The position numbers and the translations under genes are program-made. DNA of 64,000 nt, from NCBI RefSeq assembly GCF_004010195.1, contig NC_057719.1, positions 79,159,678-79,223,677 on the forward strand, given 5' to 3'. Below, in pieces: positions 1 to 11,745 of this stretch. The notes below the pieces were generated by a model. The model searched no databases. It was not told where the DNA came from and was given only the letters and a program-made list of their open reading frames with translations. Source of the stretch: Chiloscyllium plagiosum (lineage: Eukaryota). How positions within the stretch are numbered: the stretch's first letter is position 1; the number at the start of each line of letters is the position of its first letter.

Positions 1-498
1 ATTTTGATGGATTCTAAGATTTCCAAGTCTCTGATGTCAACGTAGCATGTCATCAGACATGTCCCTACTTCAGGCTATAATGAAAGTTTAGACTGCTATT
101 ATCATGTTGTTATGCTGAAAAGATAATTTTGAGAAGTGTAATAGGATTTAATTCTGTGCTACTGAACCTGAAAGGTGGTTTCCTTCTCTTCAAAATCAAA
201 CTGGCTCTAATATGTTTCCATTGATTACATTATCATTTTTACAGATTTTCTCCACCAAGAGATGGTGCCAGCTGCTGTGAATCTGCCAATAGGAACTCCT
301 GTTACAGATCATCAAGCTGTACAGAAGGTTTGTTGGTGTTTTTTTTAAGAAAGTTGGGGCCACAAAATTGCCTGAAGGTGGGAAGGAGCATCAGTGAAAC
401 CTCCCTGAAAAACTAGCCCCAACTAAAAAAAAAACCTTTTGAACTCTCAGCCTCTGAGTTCCCTGCACTTTCTTTTGAAAGTGTCCCCTTTTGCCTTT

Positions 499-1008
499 GG
501 GTGGTATGGTAGCTCACTGCTGCCTCACAGCACCAGGGACCAGGGTTCAATTCCACCCTCGGGTGACTGTCTGTGTGGAATTTGTTCATTCTCCCTGTGT
601 CTGCGTGGGTTTCCTCCGGGTGCTCCGGATTCCTCCTACAGTCCAAAGATGTGCGAGTTCGGTGGATTGGCCATGCTAAATTGCCCGTAGTGTCTGGGGA
701 TGTGCAGGCTAGGTGGGTTAGCCATAGGAAATGCAGAGTTACCTGGATAGAGTGGTTCTGGGTGGGATTCTCTTCAAAGGAATGGTGCAATTTTGATGGG
801 CTGAATGGCCACTTTCTGTACTATAGGGTTTCTATGAAGTTCAGGGATGTGTAGGCTAGGTGCATTAGTCAGTGGTAAATATAGGGTAGGGGAATGGGTC
901 TGGGTGGGTTACTCTTCAAAGGATCGGTGTGGACTTGTTGGGCCGAATCCCCACACTGTAAGAATTCTAATTCTAATTTCTAATTTTAATTCTAATTCCA
1001 ATTCTAAC
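499..1008 (+). mobile_element. V-SINE copy plus a second SINE 3' half ending in (TTCTAA)n
   Basis: Same head and central motifs as 11309, with the tail segment repeated from ~840. Confidence 0.8.
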
Positions 1009-1899
1009 TTGGAATGAACTCCAAGGAGACAATGAGCCTGGTCCCCTCTAGCACCCAGCACTGGGTGACTGCTTGAAAAGGGAGCATGGTTTGCCTTCCT
1101 CTGATAGTTCTGCATTATGAAAGGGCAGTCGGAATGGAAGTGTGATTCCACATTCTTCTGTCGGAGCTCCCTTCTTTCCAGATAAATACCGTCAGTGGTA
1201 ATCTGCATGGGATCGCCATATCCTGGGAAGTGGGGCGCTTTCATTTCCCATTATGCGACAGACAATAGTGAGTTGAGAGCTGGGATTTCCCCTTGCCTCC
1301 CACTGATTTCAATTATGCTTGGAATCCTTGATGCTGCAATTATTCAAACACTGCCATTGATGTCCAGGCAGTCACTCTGACTTTACCTCTTTCATCCAAG
1401 TTTGGATCAAGGCTGTAATAAAGTCAGGAGCTGAAAGATATCAGTGAGAAGGGGTTTTACAGGGTGAATTCTATCATATTTCCTGTTTCCACACTGTTGG
1501 GAGTCTATGATATTTTAGTCACTTCCCCCTAGACATTCCCTCACCTCAGCTCCTTAATCAAGTCTGCCTCAGTGCACATCAGCAAACCCAGAATTGTCTG
1601 TTCCTTAATGGGCTTTACCACAAGCTGCTCCAAAAAACACAATTTCATAGAGTTCCGCAAATTCTATTTCTTGGGGTCGGCCATCAACCTGAATTTCCCA
1701 GACCACTTGTATGTTGAAGCGCCCCATGATTATTGTATTGTTGCCTTTCTTATATGCCTTTTCTCTTTCCTGATTTATTTTCTGCCCCACATTCTGATCG
1801 GAGGCGTGTACATAAATCCCATCGGCGTCCTTTTTTGCCTTTGTGGTTCCTGAACTCTACCCGTACAGATTCCAAGCCTTCTGACTCTATATCTCTTAG

Positions 1900-2105
1900 A
1901 ATAGAATAGAATCCCTACCGTGTGGAAACGGGTCCTTCGGCCCAACAAGTCCACACCGACCCTCCGAAAAGTAACCCACGCAGACCCATTCCTCTATCCT
2001 ATTATCCAATATTTCCCCCTGACTAATGCACCTAACCTACACATCCCTGAACACGATGGAGCAATTTAGCATTGCGAATTCACCTAACCTGCACACCTTT
2101 GGACT
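1900..2105 (-). mobile_element. V-SINE 3' half
   Basis: Reverse complement of the SINE tail (cggcccaacaagtccacaccgacc). Confidence 0.75.
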
Positions 2106-2857
2106 TCTTGCTATTGATTTAATTTTATTTCTTATGAACAACTCCACCTCGTCTGCCCATCTACCTGGCTTTTCAATTGGGTATGTATCCTTCGATATTT
2201 AGTTCTCAACTGTGATTGTCTTGCTGCCATGTCTCTGTGATACCCACAACATTATGCCTTCCAACTTCAAACTGCGCCACAAGCTCATTTAACTTTGTTT
2301 CATATACTGTTATTGTGACATTTGATAGCACTGTTGATGACACCTTATCACTTTGCTGGTAATCCAGAGTAGTCTGATAGGACGGTAATTGGCTATTTTG
2401 GAGTGATTCCGATTTTCTGTACAGGATATGCTGGGTTGGAGTTCTGCCGATAGAACGGCTTGACTGAGGGAACAGCTAATCCTGTGTACAAGCCTTCAGT
2501 ACCATGACCAGGATGTTGTCAGGGCCCAAATTCTTTGCAGAATCTAATACCGTCAGTGTTTATTTTTGTAATATCATGCACAGTGCATTAAATTAGCCAA
2601 AGACTGACATCTATAATGCTGGGGACCTCTGGAAGAGGCCAAAGTGGTGCATTGACTTGACATTTCTAGCTGAAGATTTTCTCAAATACTTCAACCTCAT
2701 TTTTTTGGTACTGGGCTCCCCATCATTGAGGGGATGTTCCTCTTACTAGCCCATCACCATTCATGCAACCAGCATCATGTGACCAGAAAAAAAATCACGC
2801 AGTCACTATGGAGACAAAGTCCCACCTTCACATTGAGAAAACTCTCTATCATGTTCA

Positions 2858-3302
2858 GATTAGATTCCCTACAGTAGGAAACAGGCCCTTCGGCCCAACC
2901 AGTCCACACCGACCCTCCGAAGAGTAACCCACCCAGACCCCTTTCCCTCTGACTAATGCACCTAAGACTATGGTCAATTTAGCATGGCCAATTCACCTGA
3001 CCTGCACATCTTTGGACTGTGGGAGAAAACTGGAGCATCCAGAGGAAACCCACGCAGATACGGGGAGAATGTACGAACTCCACACAGTTAAAAAGCTAAT
3101 GGTTTATCTGGAAGCACTAGCTTTCAGAGTGCTTCCAAATAAACCTGTTGGACTATAACCTGGTGTTGTGTGATTTTTAACCTTGTACACCCCAGCGTCT
3201 CCAAATCAAAACTCCACACAGACAGTCGCTGAGGCTGGAATCAAACATGGGTCCCTGGCGCTGTGAGGCAGCAGTGCTAAACAACTGAGTCACTGTGCCA
3301 CC
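2858..3302 (-). mobile_element. V-SINE interrupted by a short PLE-type insert (3088-3209)
   Basis: SINE motifs on both sides. The insert is flanked by the 12-bp direct repeat aactccacacag (3076-3087, 3210-3221). Confidence 0.8.
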
Positions 3303-3309
3303 ATTTTGC

Positions 3310-4880
3310 ATGCCACTATCACTGCGCTAAATGGGACAGACTTAGCAAAGACTTGACAACTCAAGATCAGACGTCCATGAGGCACCGTGGACCATCTGCT
3401 GCAGTAGAGTCGTACCTCAATACAATTTGTGACCTCATGACCTGACATAGTCCCCCACTCAGCCATTATGATCAGGGCAGGGGATCAATCCTGGTTCAAT
3501 AGAAAGTGCAGGACCAGCACCAGGCATACATGAAAATTGGGTGTCAACTTGGTGAAGCTACAAAACTGGACTTCTTTCAACCCATGGATCAGACCTCAGC
3601 TCTACAGTTCAGCCATTCGAGAAGGGTAGTGGTCAATTAAACATTTCACTGGGGAGGATCCACAAAAATCCACATACTCCAAGTACACAAAAAGAAGGAC
3701 AAATCCAACTCAGGCAACTATTGCCCTATCAGCCTATTCATAATCATCAGTAAAGTGATGGAAAGTTTCATCAATAGCCATATCTGCTCAGTAGTAAGCT
3801 GCTCAGTGACGGTTAGTTTGGGTTTTGCCAAGACCACTCAGCTCCTGACCTCAGTACAGCCTTGGTTCAAACGTGAGCAAAAGAGGTGAGAATCAGGAAA
3901 AGAGTTTTCCCTGTTTGGAGTCATACCTGGCACATATTTGTGGTTGTTTGAGATCAGTCATCTCAGCTCTAGAACATCTCTGCAGGACTTCCTCAGGGTA
4001 GTGTCTTTGACCTAACAATCTTCAGCTGCTTCATCAATGACCACATTAGGTCAGAAATGGGACGTTCGCTGATGATCGCACAATGTTCAGCACCGTTTGT
4101 AACTCCTCGGGTACAAAGCAGTCTGAGTTCAAAAGCAATAAGATCGTAGCAATATTCAGGCTGGGGCTGACAAGTGAGAAGTAATGTTCATCCACATAAG
4201 GACCAGTCAATGACCGTTTCCAATGCCAGAGATCTAACCATCACTGTACCCTCCATTATCAATATCCTGAGGATTACCATTAACCACAAACTCAAATGGA
4301 CTAGCTACATACATAAAATAGCTACAAGATCAGGTCAGGCTAGGAATCCTGCAGCAAGTAACTAATTTCCTGCCTCCAAAGGTTATCCTCCATCTACAAG
4401 GCACAAATCAGTATTGTGATAGAATACTAACCACTTGCCTGGATAATTGCAGATCCAACAACATTCAAGAAGCTCAACACCATCCAGGGCAAAGCATACA
4501 CTTGATTGGCACCACATCCACAAACATTCACTCCCTCCACCATTGACGTCAGTGAAAGCAATGTGTACCAACTGCAAGAGGCACTGCAGAATTCATCAAG
4601 GCTCCTTAGACAGCATCTTCCAACCACACTCACTTCAATCGAGAAGGATGAGGGCAGCAGATTCATGGGCATAACATCACCTGCAAGCCCGCCTCCGAGT
4701 CACTGATTATTCTGGTTTGGAAATATTTCACCGTTCCTTCACTAACAGCTTTGTGGGTCTACCTGAACAAAATGGACTGCAGCAGTTTGAGAAGGCAGCT
4801 CATCACCACCATCTCAAGGGTAATTAGGGATGGGCAATAAATACTGGACCAGCCAGAGACACCCATACCCCATGCATGAA
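3310..4880 (+). mobile_element. Decayed non-LTR retrotransposon (CR1-group) ORF2 and 3' remnant
   Basis: RT-like relics (cctcagggtagtgtc for PQGSV, ttcatcaatgac for FIND, ttcgctgatgat for FADD) interrupted by many stops. Confidence 0.65.
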
Positions 4881-4939
4881 CAGAATAAAAATGATTGGAT
4901 GTGCAGAGCATCGATAGGATCCTTTGGTCATGGGATAAA

Positions 4940-7900
4940 TGTAGAAATATAGAAAATAGGAGCAAGAGTAGGCCATTTGGCCCACTGAGCCTGGTCTGCC
5001 ATTCAACTTGATCATGGCTGATCATCCAACCCAGTACCCTGTTCCCACTTTCTCCACACTCTTTGATCTATAAGATCTATATCTAACTCTTTCTCAAACT
5101 TTCAATACTTTGGTCTCAATCACCTTCTGTGGCAAGAGAATTTCAAAATCTTACCACTCTCTGGGTGAAGTAATTACTCCTTGTCTCAGTCCTAATTGGC
5201 CTATCCCATATCCTTAAACTATGATTCCTAGTTATGGACACTCCTGTCATTTGGAAAATCCTTCTTGTGCTTATCCTGATTCGTTCTGTTGGAATTTTAT
5301 AGGTTTCTATGAGATCCCCATCATTCATCTAGACTCCAGTGAATATAGTCCTAATTGATTCAGTCTCTCTTCACACTTTAGTTCTGTCTTCCCAAGAATC
5401 TTCATTGTGCTCTAGGCTCCGTTAGGTTGGACCTGTGCTGTATGACTCAATGACTCTACAGCCAGAACATCCTCTGGAAATCCAAATAGTTCACATCCAC
5501 TGGCATTTCTTTATCTAACTTGCTTGTTACCTTCTCAAATAATTGCTATCTCATTTAAAATTTTGGAGGGGTAGTTTATCTGGTCTAAGTGATTTATCAC
5601 CTTCAGATCTTTCAGCTTCCCCAGCACCTTCTTCTTAGTGATAGCCACTAAACTCACCTCTTCCCCTGATGCTCTTAAAGTTCTGGTACGCTGATGGTGT
5701 CTTCCACTTATAAAACTGATGCAAAGTACCTATTCAGTTCCTCTGCCATTTCTTTGTTTCCCTTTACTACTTCTCCAGCCTCAATTTCCAGCAGTCCAAT
5801 GTCCACTCTTACCTCTCCCTTCCTTTCTATATATCTAAAAGAACTCCTGCAGTTTACTTTCAGATAACCAATATTTACCCTCGTATTTCATTTTCTCCTC
5901 TCTTATTGGTTTTTCAGTGTCCTTTGCTAGTATTTTAAGGCTTTCAAATCCTCTGTCTCTTCACTTAATCTTCATGATATTTTATGCTTTTATGCTGTCC
6001 CTGACTTCCCTTACGGTTAAAACCAACTAGGAGAAAGTGAGAACTGCAGATGCTAGAGGTCAGAGTGGAGAGTGCTCCTCAGATGCTGCCTGACCTGCTG
6101 TACTTTCCCAGCACCACATCTCGACCCGACTTCCCCTTGTCAGTCATGATTGCCTCACCCTCCCATTAGTCTGTTTTTGCTTCCCTCGGATGAATTTCTG
6201 CTGTGCCTCCCGAATTAGCCCCAAAATCCTGCCATTGCTGCTCCACCCTCTTCCCTGTTAGGCTCCGCTTCCAATCAACTCTGGCCAGCTCCTCCCGCAT
6301 GTCTGAGTAGTTACTTTAAGCGATTTTAATACCACTATTTATGATTCTAACTTCTCTCACTCAAACTGCAGGATGAACTGTATCACATTATGGTCACTTC
6401 GCCTGAGGAGTTCTTTTACCTTAAGCTCCTTAAACAAGGCTGTCTTATTCCACATCAGCAAATCCAGAATTTCCTGTTCCAAGTGGGCTCTACCACAAAC
6501 TGTCCCAAAGAAAAATCTCATTGACATTCCACAAATTCCTTTCCTTGGGATCTGCTACTCACCTGATTTTCCCAGTCCACTTGCATATTGAAGTGCCCCA
6601 TGATTATTATAAGCGTGTCTTTCTTACATACCTTTTCAATTTCCTGATTTATTTTCTGCCCCACATCCTGATTACTGATAGGCAACCTTTACACAAATTC
6701 CTTCAGGGTCATGTTAGCTTTTGGGGTTTGTGAACTCTACCTGTACAGAGTCCGAGCCTTCTGATTCTATGTCACTTCTTGCTATCAATTTAGTTTCATT
6801 TCTTACAAACAAGACAATCCCAACCCCCTCTGCTCCTCTGCCTGTCCTTTTGATAGACATGTATCCTTGGATATTCAGTTCCCAGCCCTTATCCCTTTGC
6901 AGCCACATCTCTGTGATACCCACAACATACTCTCCAATTTTAATCTGTGCCACAAACTCATCTACCTTGTGTGGTATACTGTGTACATTTAAGTGCAACA
7001 TCCTCAGTCTTGTGTTGACTGCCTCCCTCGTCTTAGTTGTCCCCTCATCTGCTGTGCATGATGTTAGATTCTTAAACTTTACATGCTCTGTTTCCTATTA
7101 CTTCGAGTGATAGAGATGTACAGCATGGAAACAGACCCTTCGGTCCAACCCGCTCATGCCGACCAGATATCCCAACCCAATCTAGTCCCACCTGCCAGCA
7201 CCTGGCCCATATCCCTCCAAACTCTTCCTATTCATATACCCATCCAAATGCCTCTTAAATGTTGCAATTGTATCAGCCTCCACCACATCCTCTGGCAGCT
7301 CATTCCATACACGTACCACCCTCTGCGTGAAAATGTTGCCCCTTAGGTCTCGTTTATATCTTTCCCCTCTCACCCTAAACCTATGCCCTTTCCGATAGGA
7401 AGGAGACCAGAATTGCATGCAATATTCCAACAGTGGCCTAACCAATGTCCTGTACAGCCGCAACATGACCTCCCAACTCCTGTACTCAATACTCTGACCA
7501 ATAAAGGAAAGCATACCAAACACCTTCTTCACTATCCTATTTACCTGCAACTCCACTTTCAAGGAGCTATGAACCTGCACTCCAAGGTCTCTTTGTTCAG
7601 CTACATTCCCTAGGACCTTACCATTAAGTGTATAAGTCCTGCTAAGCTTTGCTTTCCCAAAATGCAGCACCTCGCACTTACCTGAATTAAACTTGCGCTG
7701 GAAACTTTAATAACCTCTGCTGAGTCCTCCCATGCTTTAACAATGTCCAATGTTCATTCAATCCATCACTTCACTATTTAGTTTAAAGTCCTATCCACAG
7801 CCCTAGTAATCCAATTCACCAAGACTCTGGTCCCAGCATGATTCAGGTAGAGCCTGTCCCATTAGAACAGCACCCTCCTTCCCAGTGCTCGTGCCAATAT

Positions 7901-8110
7901 CCCATGAATTTGACCCTGTTTCTCCCATACCTATATTTGAGCCATGTGTTTACCTCTTTATCCTTGTCAGCCTTCGGGACTCTCAATCCTGGCCACAGAG
8001 AACAGTGTCAATTCCCCTGAGTATGCAATCTCCGATTACAACTACAGGTCTTTTTTCACTCCCTCTTGAATGTACAACATTGCTGTGGTCAGGTTCCCAT
8101 TGGTCCACCA
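4940..8110 (-). mobile_element. Old internally deleted CR1 LINE including the APE endonuclease region
   Basis: ORF 6714-7001 (LNVHSI..VVGITEMWL..GWELNIQGY..GVGIVLFVR) matches CR1 APE motifs. ORF2 C-terminal relic at 5143-5328 (NYFTQRVV). Confidence 0.8.
7107..7692 (-). mobile_element. Younger CR1 3' fragment nested in the old CR1
   Basis: RDLGVQVH..LYRTLVRPLLEYC.QFWSP..FTQRVVRVWNELP..FKRHLD. Confidence 0.9.
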
Positions 8111-8149
8111 ATTCCTTCGCTGGGAGAAGCTTGTTGCTGGGTGGATGTG

Positions 8150-9270
8150 TGCTGTGAACGATCAGCCTGTTGTTGAGTGTTCATTTCCTGTGAATAATCA
8201 GCTTGTAGTTGGTGTGTTTCCTGTGTATGATCAGCCTGCTGAGTGACAGTTTCCTGTCAATGATCATCCTGTAGCATGTTCATTTCTTGCGTATGATCAG
8301 CCTGTTGTTGAGTGTCAGTTTCCTATAAGTGATCAGCCTATTGTAAAGTGTCAGTTTCTTGTGTATGATCAGCCTGTTTTGAGTGTCAGTTTTCTGTGAA
8401 TGGTTAGCTTGTTGAGTATCAGTTTCCTGTGTATGATCAGCCTGTTGTTGAGTGTCAGATTCCTGTGAATGATCAGCCTGTTGTTGAGTGTCAGAGTCCT
8501 GTGAATGGTCAGCCTGTTGAGAGTCAGTTTCTTGTGTATGATCAGCCTGTTGACTGTAAGTTTCCTGTGTATGATCAGCCTGTTGTTGAGTATCAGTTTC
8601 CTGTGTATGATCAGCCTGTTGTTGACTGTAAGTTTCCTGTGAATGATCAGCCTGTTGTTGAGTGTCAGAGTCCTGTGAATGGTCAGCCTGTTGAGAGTCA
8701 GTTTCTTGTGTATGATCAGCCTGTTGTTGACTGTAAGTTTCCTGTGAATGATCAGCCTGTTGAGAGTCAGTTTCCTGTGTATGATCAGCCTGTCTGTTGA
8801 GAGTCAGTTTCCTGTGTATGATCAGCCTGTTGTTGACTGTAAGTTTCCTGGGTATGATTAGCCTGTTGAGTATCAGTTTCCTGTGTATGATCAGCCTGTT
8901 GTTGACTGTAAGTTTCCTGTGAATGATCAGCCTGTTGTTGAGTGTCAGAGTCCTGTGAATGGTCAGCCTGTTGAGAGTCAGTTTCTTGTGTATGATCAGC
9001 CTGTTGTTGACTGTAAGTTTCCTGTGTATGATCAGCCTGTTGTTGAGTATCAGTTTCCAGTGTATGATCAGCCTGTTGTTGACTGTAAGTTTCCTGTGAA
9101 TGATCAGCCTGTTGTTGAGTGTCAGATTCCTGTGAATGGTCAGCCTGTTGAGTGTCAGTTTCTTGTAAATGCTGTTGAGTGTCAAGTTTCTGTTCAAGCC
9201 TCGGTTCCCCGGTTACAGAAGCCTGTTGCTGGGGGGGGGGGTTCCCTGTGAATGCTCAGCCTGTTACAGT
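8150..9270. repeat. 33/36-bp minisatellite with higher-order structure
   Basis: Roughly 30 units of gatcagcctgtt(gtt)gagtgtcagtttcctgtgtat, with degenerate edges. Confidence 0.95.
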
Positions 9271-9389
9271 TTGCTAAGTGGCTTTGAATGGGAGATGGCT
9301 TGAGTGGCCAGCACCCCCCGGACAAAGCGCCTGTAATCCCAGGCTGTGTCGGTCCCCTGTGGAGTGGAGTGGAGTTGAGTTGAGTTTGA

Positions 9390-9524
9390 GGTGTTGGTTT
9401 ACACTTCCTGTTGTGTGGTCGGTGGGTGTGGAGTACACTGGCTCGCCCAGTTTCCGGGTTTTTACCTGGGACAGCCAGCGCCCCATTGAGCCGAGACAGA
9501 CGGAGGAGAAGTTGAGCTGCGACA
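9390..9524 (+). promoter_or_regulatory. Candidate SPINT1 proximal promoter/5' region
   Basis: CpG-enriched relative to the rest of the window. Clustered ETS-type ACTTCCTG (9403-9410), KLF/SP GT-box GGGTGTGG (9424-9431) and GRHL/CP2-like CCAGTTTCCGGGTTT (9447-9461). TSS cannot be determined and an upstream non-coding exon is possible. Confidence 0.4.
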
Positions 9525-9948
9525 ATGTTGTGTGTGCGCCTCAGTCTCCGTCTCCTGCCCTGCTTTCTGTACCTGCTCCAGGTGCGCCGGGCTGCCGGCG
9601 ACGAGCAGTGCCTGAGCAACTACGTCCTGGGCCGGGATGACTTCGTGCTGGACACCGAAGACTCGGTGGCTGACGGAGCCACTTTCCTGGGCTCTCCCAA
9701 TGTCAGCCGTGCCCGAGACTGTGTGCGGATGTGCTGCAGGAGGCCGGGCTGTAATGTGGTCTTGCTGGAGGACCAGAACCAGAAAAGCCAACGGGACCCC
9801 TTGCTCAGGCAGGTCAGTGGCTGCTTCCTCTTCAACTGCCTCTACAACCAGGTCTATGTCTGCAAGTTCTTCAGGAGAGAAGGCTTCAGTAACTTCATAC
9901 TGAACACCGTCCATGAGGCCTACATCAAACCTAGGATACCTAGTGCAG
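9525..9948 (+). CDS. SPINT1: SPINT1/HAI-1 first coding exon: signal peptide + MANEC (MANSC) domain
   Basis: ATG at 9525, then a hydrophobic leader and FVLDTEDSVADGATFLGSP..DCVRMCC..CNVVLLE..CFLFNCLYNQVYVCKF, matching the HAI-1 MANEC cysteine pattern. Donor CAG|gtaagt at 9949. Length 424 nt, ends in phase 1. Confidence 0.95.
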
Positions 9949-10839
9949 GTAAGTGGCATCCTCACTGTAACCACCCGACCCTCTTCCCACTTACCAAAGG
10001 CAGGAGATTATCACCAGCTCTCCCTTCCCTCTGTCTTTGCCCTTTGTACTGTTTGCTGTGCCCTTTTACCCTCTGAGTATACATTGCTCCCTCTGATTTA
10101 TTGGGATGGGCTACCAGGAAGGGGGGAATTGAGTGGCAGAACAGGCTGAAGGGGCTGAATAGCCTGCTCCACCTCCCAAATGCTAATTTCCTCTCCACCT
10201 TGCCACATCCTTCCTGACACATCCTTAGCTGCTCCCCCCCCCCCCCCCCCCGTTTTAGTTGGTCAATGTGCTACCATTGGTTAATCACCAATGGTATCCC
10301 AGAATGAATTGGATGCCAACGCTGTGTGTCAAAATGTATCCTGATACATCAAGTGAGCGCAAGTTCCTCTGGTGTCAACTTTCAAGTGGTTTGGAGGCTC
10401 TTTGTCATGAGCACGGTATGTTCTGATAACCGAACAGGATGGCGTGTGAAGAGCAGGCAGTTGTGTGCCTTGTGTAGGTATCAGTCCGTTCCTGTCACCC
10501 TCTCAAACAGTAACATTCAATGACCTCAGAAGTGAAAGAGCAAACTTTCTAACAAGCCACCTCTTGCTGCAGTTTGTATGTGTGTAATCACGGATGTCCC
10601 AAAAGCCATTTACTGCCAATTTCTGAAGTTCAGCCTCTGCTGTAACCCAAGGAAACTTGGTAGCCAAATTGAAACCATTGGAAACTCCCAAAAACACCTA
10701 TGCGATAGGGATGAGAATTAGATAATCTATTTCTGTGTGATGTCAGTTGAGGAATAATTATTGACTATTACTTTACTGAGGGAAATGCTGGTAATTCTAA
10801 AATAATGGAATGTTAATATCTACCTGTAAGATCAGACTT

Positions 10840-11745
10840 GGCCTGGGTTGCCACAAGCAAAAAGCTGCGATTTTATGCTTCACCTCTACAAATCATCATT
10901 GGTCAGACTTCATTTGGTGTATGGTGTTCAGTTCTTGGCATCTTAATAATGGAAAGATGTTAAAGCCCTGTAGAGAGTGCAAAGGAGATTTACAAGAATG
11001 ATACCAGAAATGAGGGATTTCAGATGCAAGGAATGACTAGAGAGATTGGGCTTGTTCTCCTTTGAGCAGAGACGATTAAGAAGTGACTGTTTTTGAGATG
11101 TTCAAAAGGATGAACAACGATGATAGGGTAAAGTAGGACATTCTGTTTTGGTTAGTAACTAGGAGTCACACTTTCAAGATTGTCAGCAAAAGAGCCACGA
11201 GTGAGATGAGATACTTTTTTTACTCCGAGAGTTGTTAGGATTTGGAATACACTATCTGGGAGAGTGGTGAAGGCAGATTCTGAGGTTTCAGAAGAAAGCT
11301 GGATCTTTGGGGCGGCATGGTGGCACAGTGGTTAGCACTGCTGCCTCACAGCCCCAGAGACCCGGGTTCAATCCCTGACTCGGGCGACTGACTGTGTGGA
11401 GTTTGCACATTCTCCCCGTGTCTGTGTGGGTTTCCTCCGGGTGCTCCGGTTTCCTCCCACAGTCCAAAGATGTGCAGGGTAGGTGAATTGGTCATGCTAA
11501 ATTGCTCGTAGTGTTAGGTGAAGGGGTAAATGTAGGGGAATGGGTGGGTTGCGCTTCGGCAGGTCGGTGTGGACTTGTTGGGCCGAAGGGCCTGTTTCCA
11601 CACTGTAAGTAATCTAATCTAATCTAATCTAAATTTGAAAGTGATGAAATTGGAGGGTTGGAGAATGGGACTAGATGGGTAGCTCTTTCAGGAGCTGATA
11701 CAGACACAATGGTGGAATGACCTCTTGTACTGTAAATTCTATAAG
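10840..11745 (+). mobile_element. Decayed CR1 3' fragment split by a SINE
   Basis: Degenerate ORF2 C-terminal and 3' UTR motifs on both sides of the 11309 SINE. Confidence 0.65.
11309..11631 (+). mobile_element. Full-length V-SINE (HE1-like) nested in a CR1 fragment
   Basis: GGGGCGGCATGGTGGCACAGTGGTTAGC head, B box, central domain, tail (aatct)n. Confidence 0.92.

Noticed and set aside
8280..9251. Long repetitive ORFs (305 aa on minus; DQPVVECQFPV repeats on plus)
   Set aside because: They arise because the minisatellite units are multiples of 3. Frames shift or stop within the array, and there is no domain or splice support.
8150..9270. CRISPR-like appearance of ~36-bp repeats
   Set aside because: Units are contiguous with no unique spacers, there are no cas genes, and the context is vertebrate.
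9462..9974. 170-aa antisense ORF over the first SPINT1 coding exon
   Set aside because: Shadow ORF of a GC-rich coding exon with no recognisable domain.
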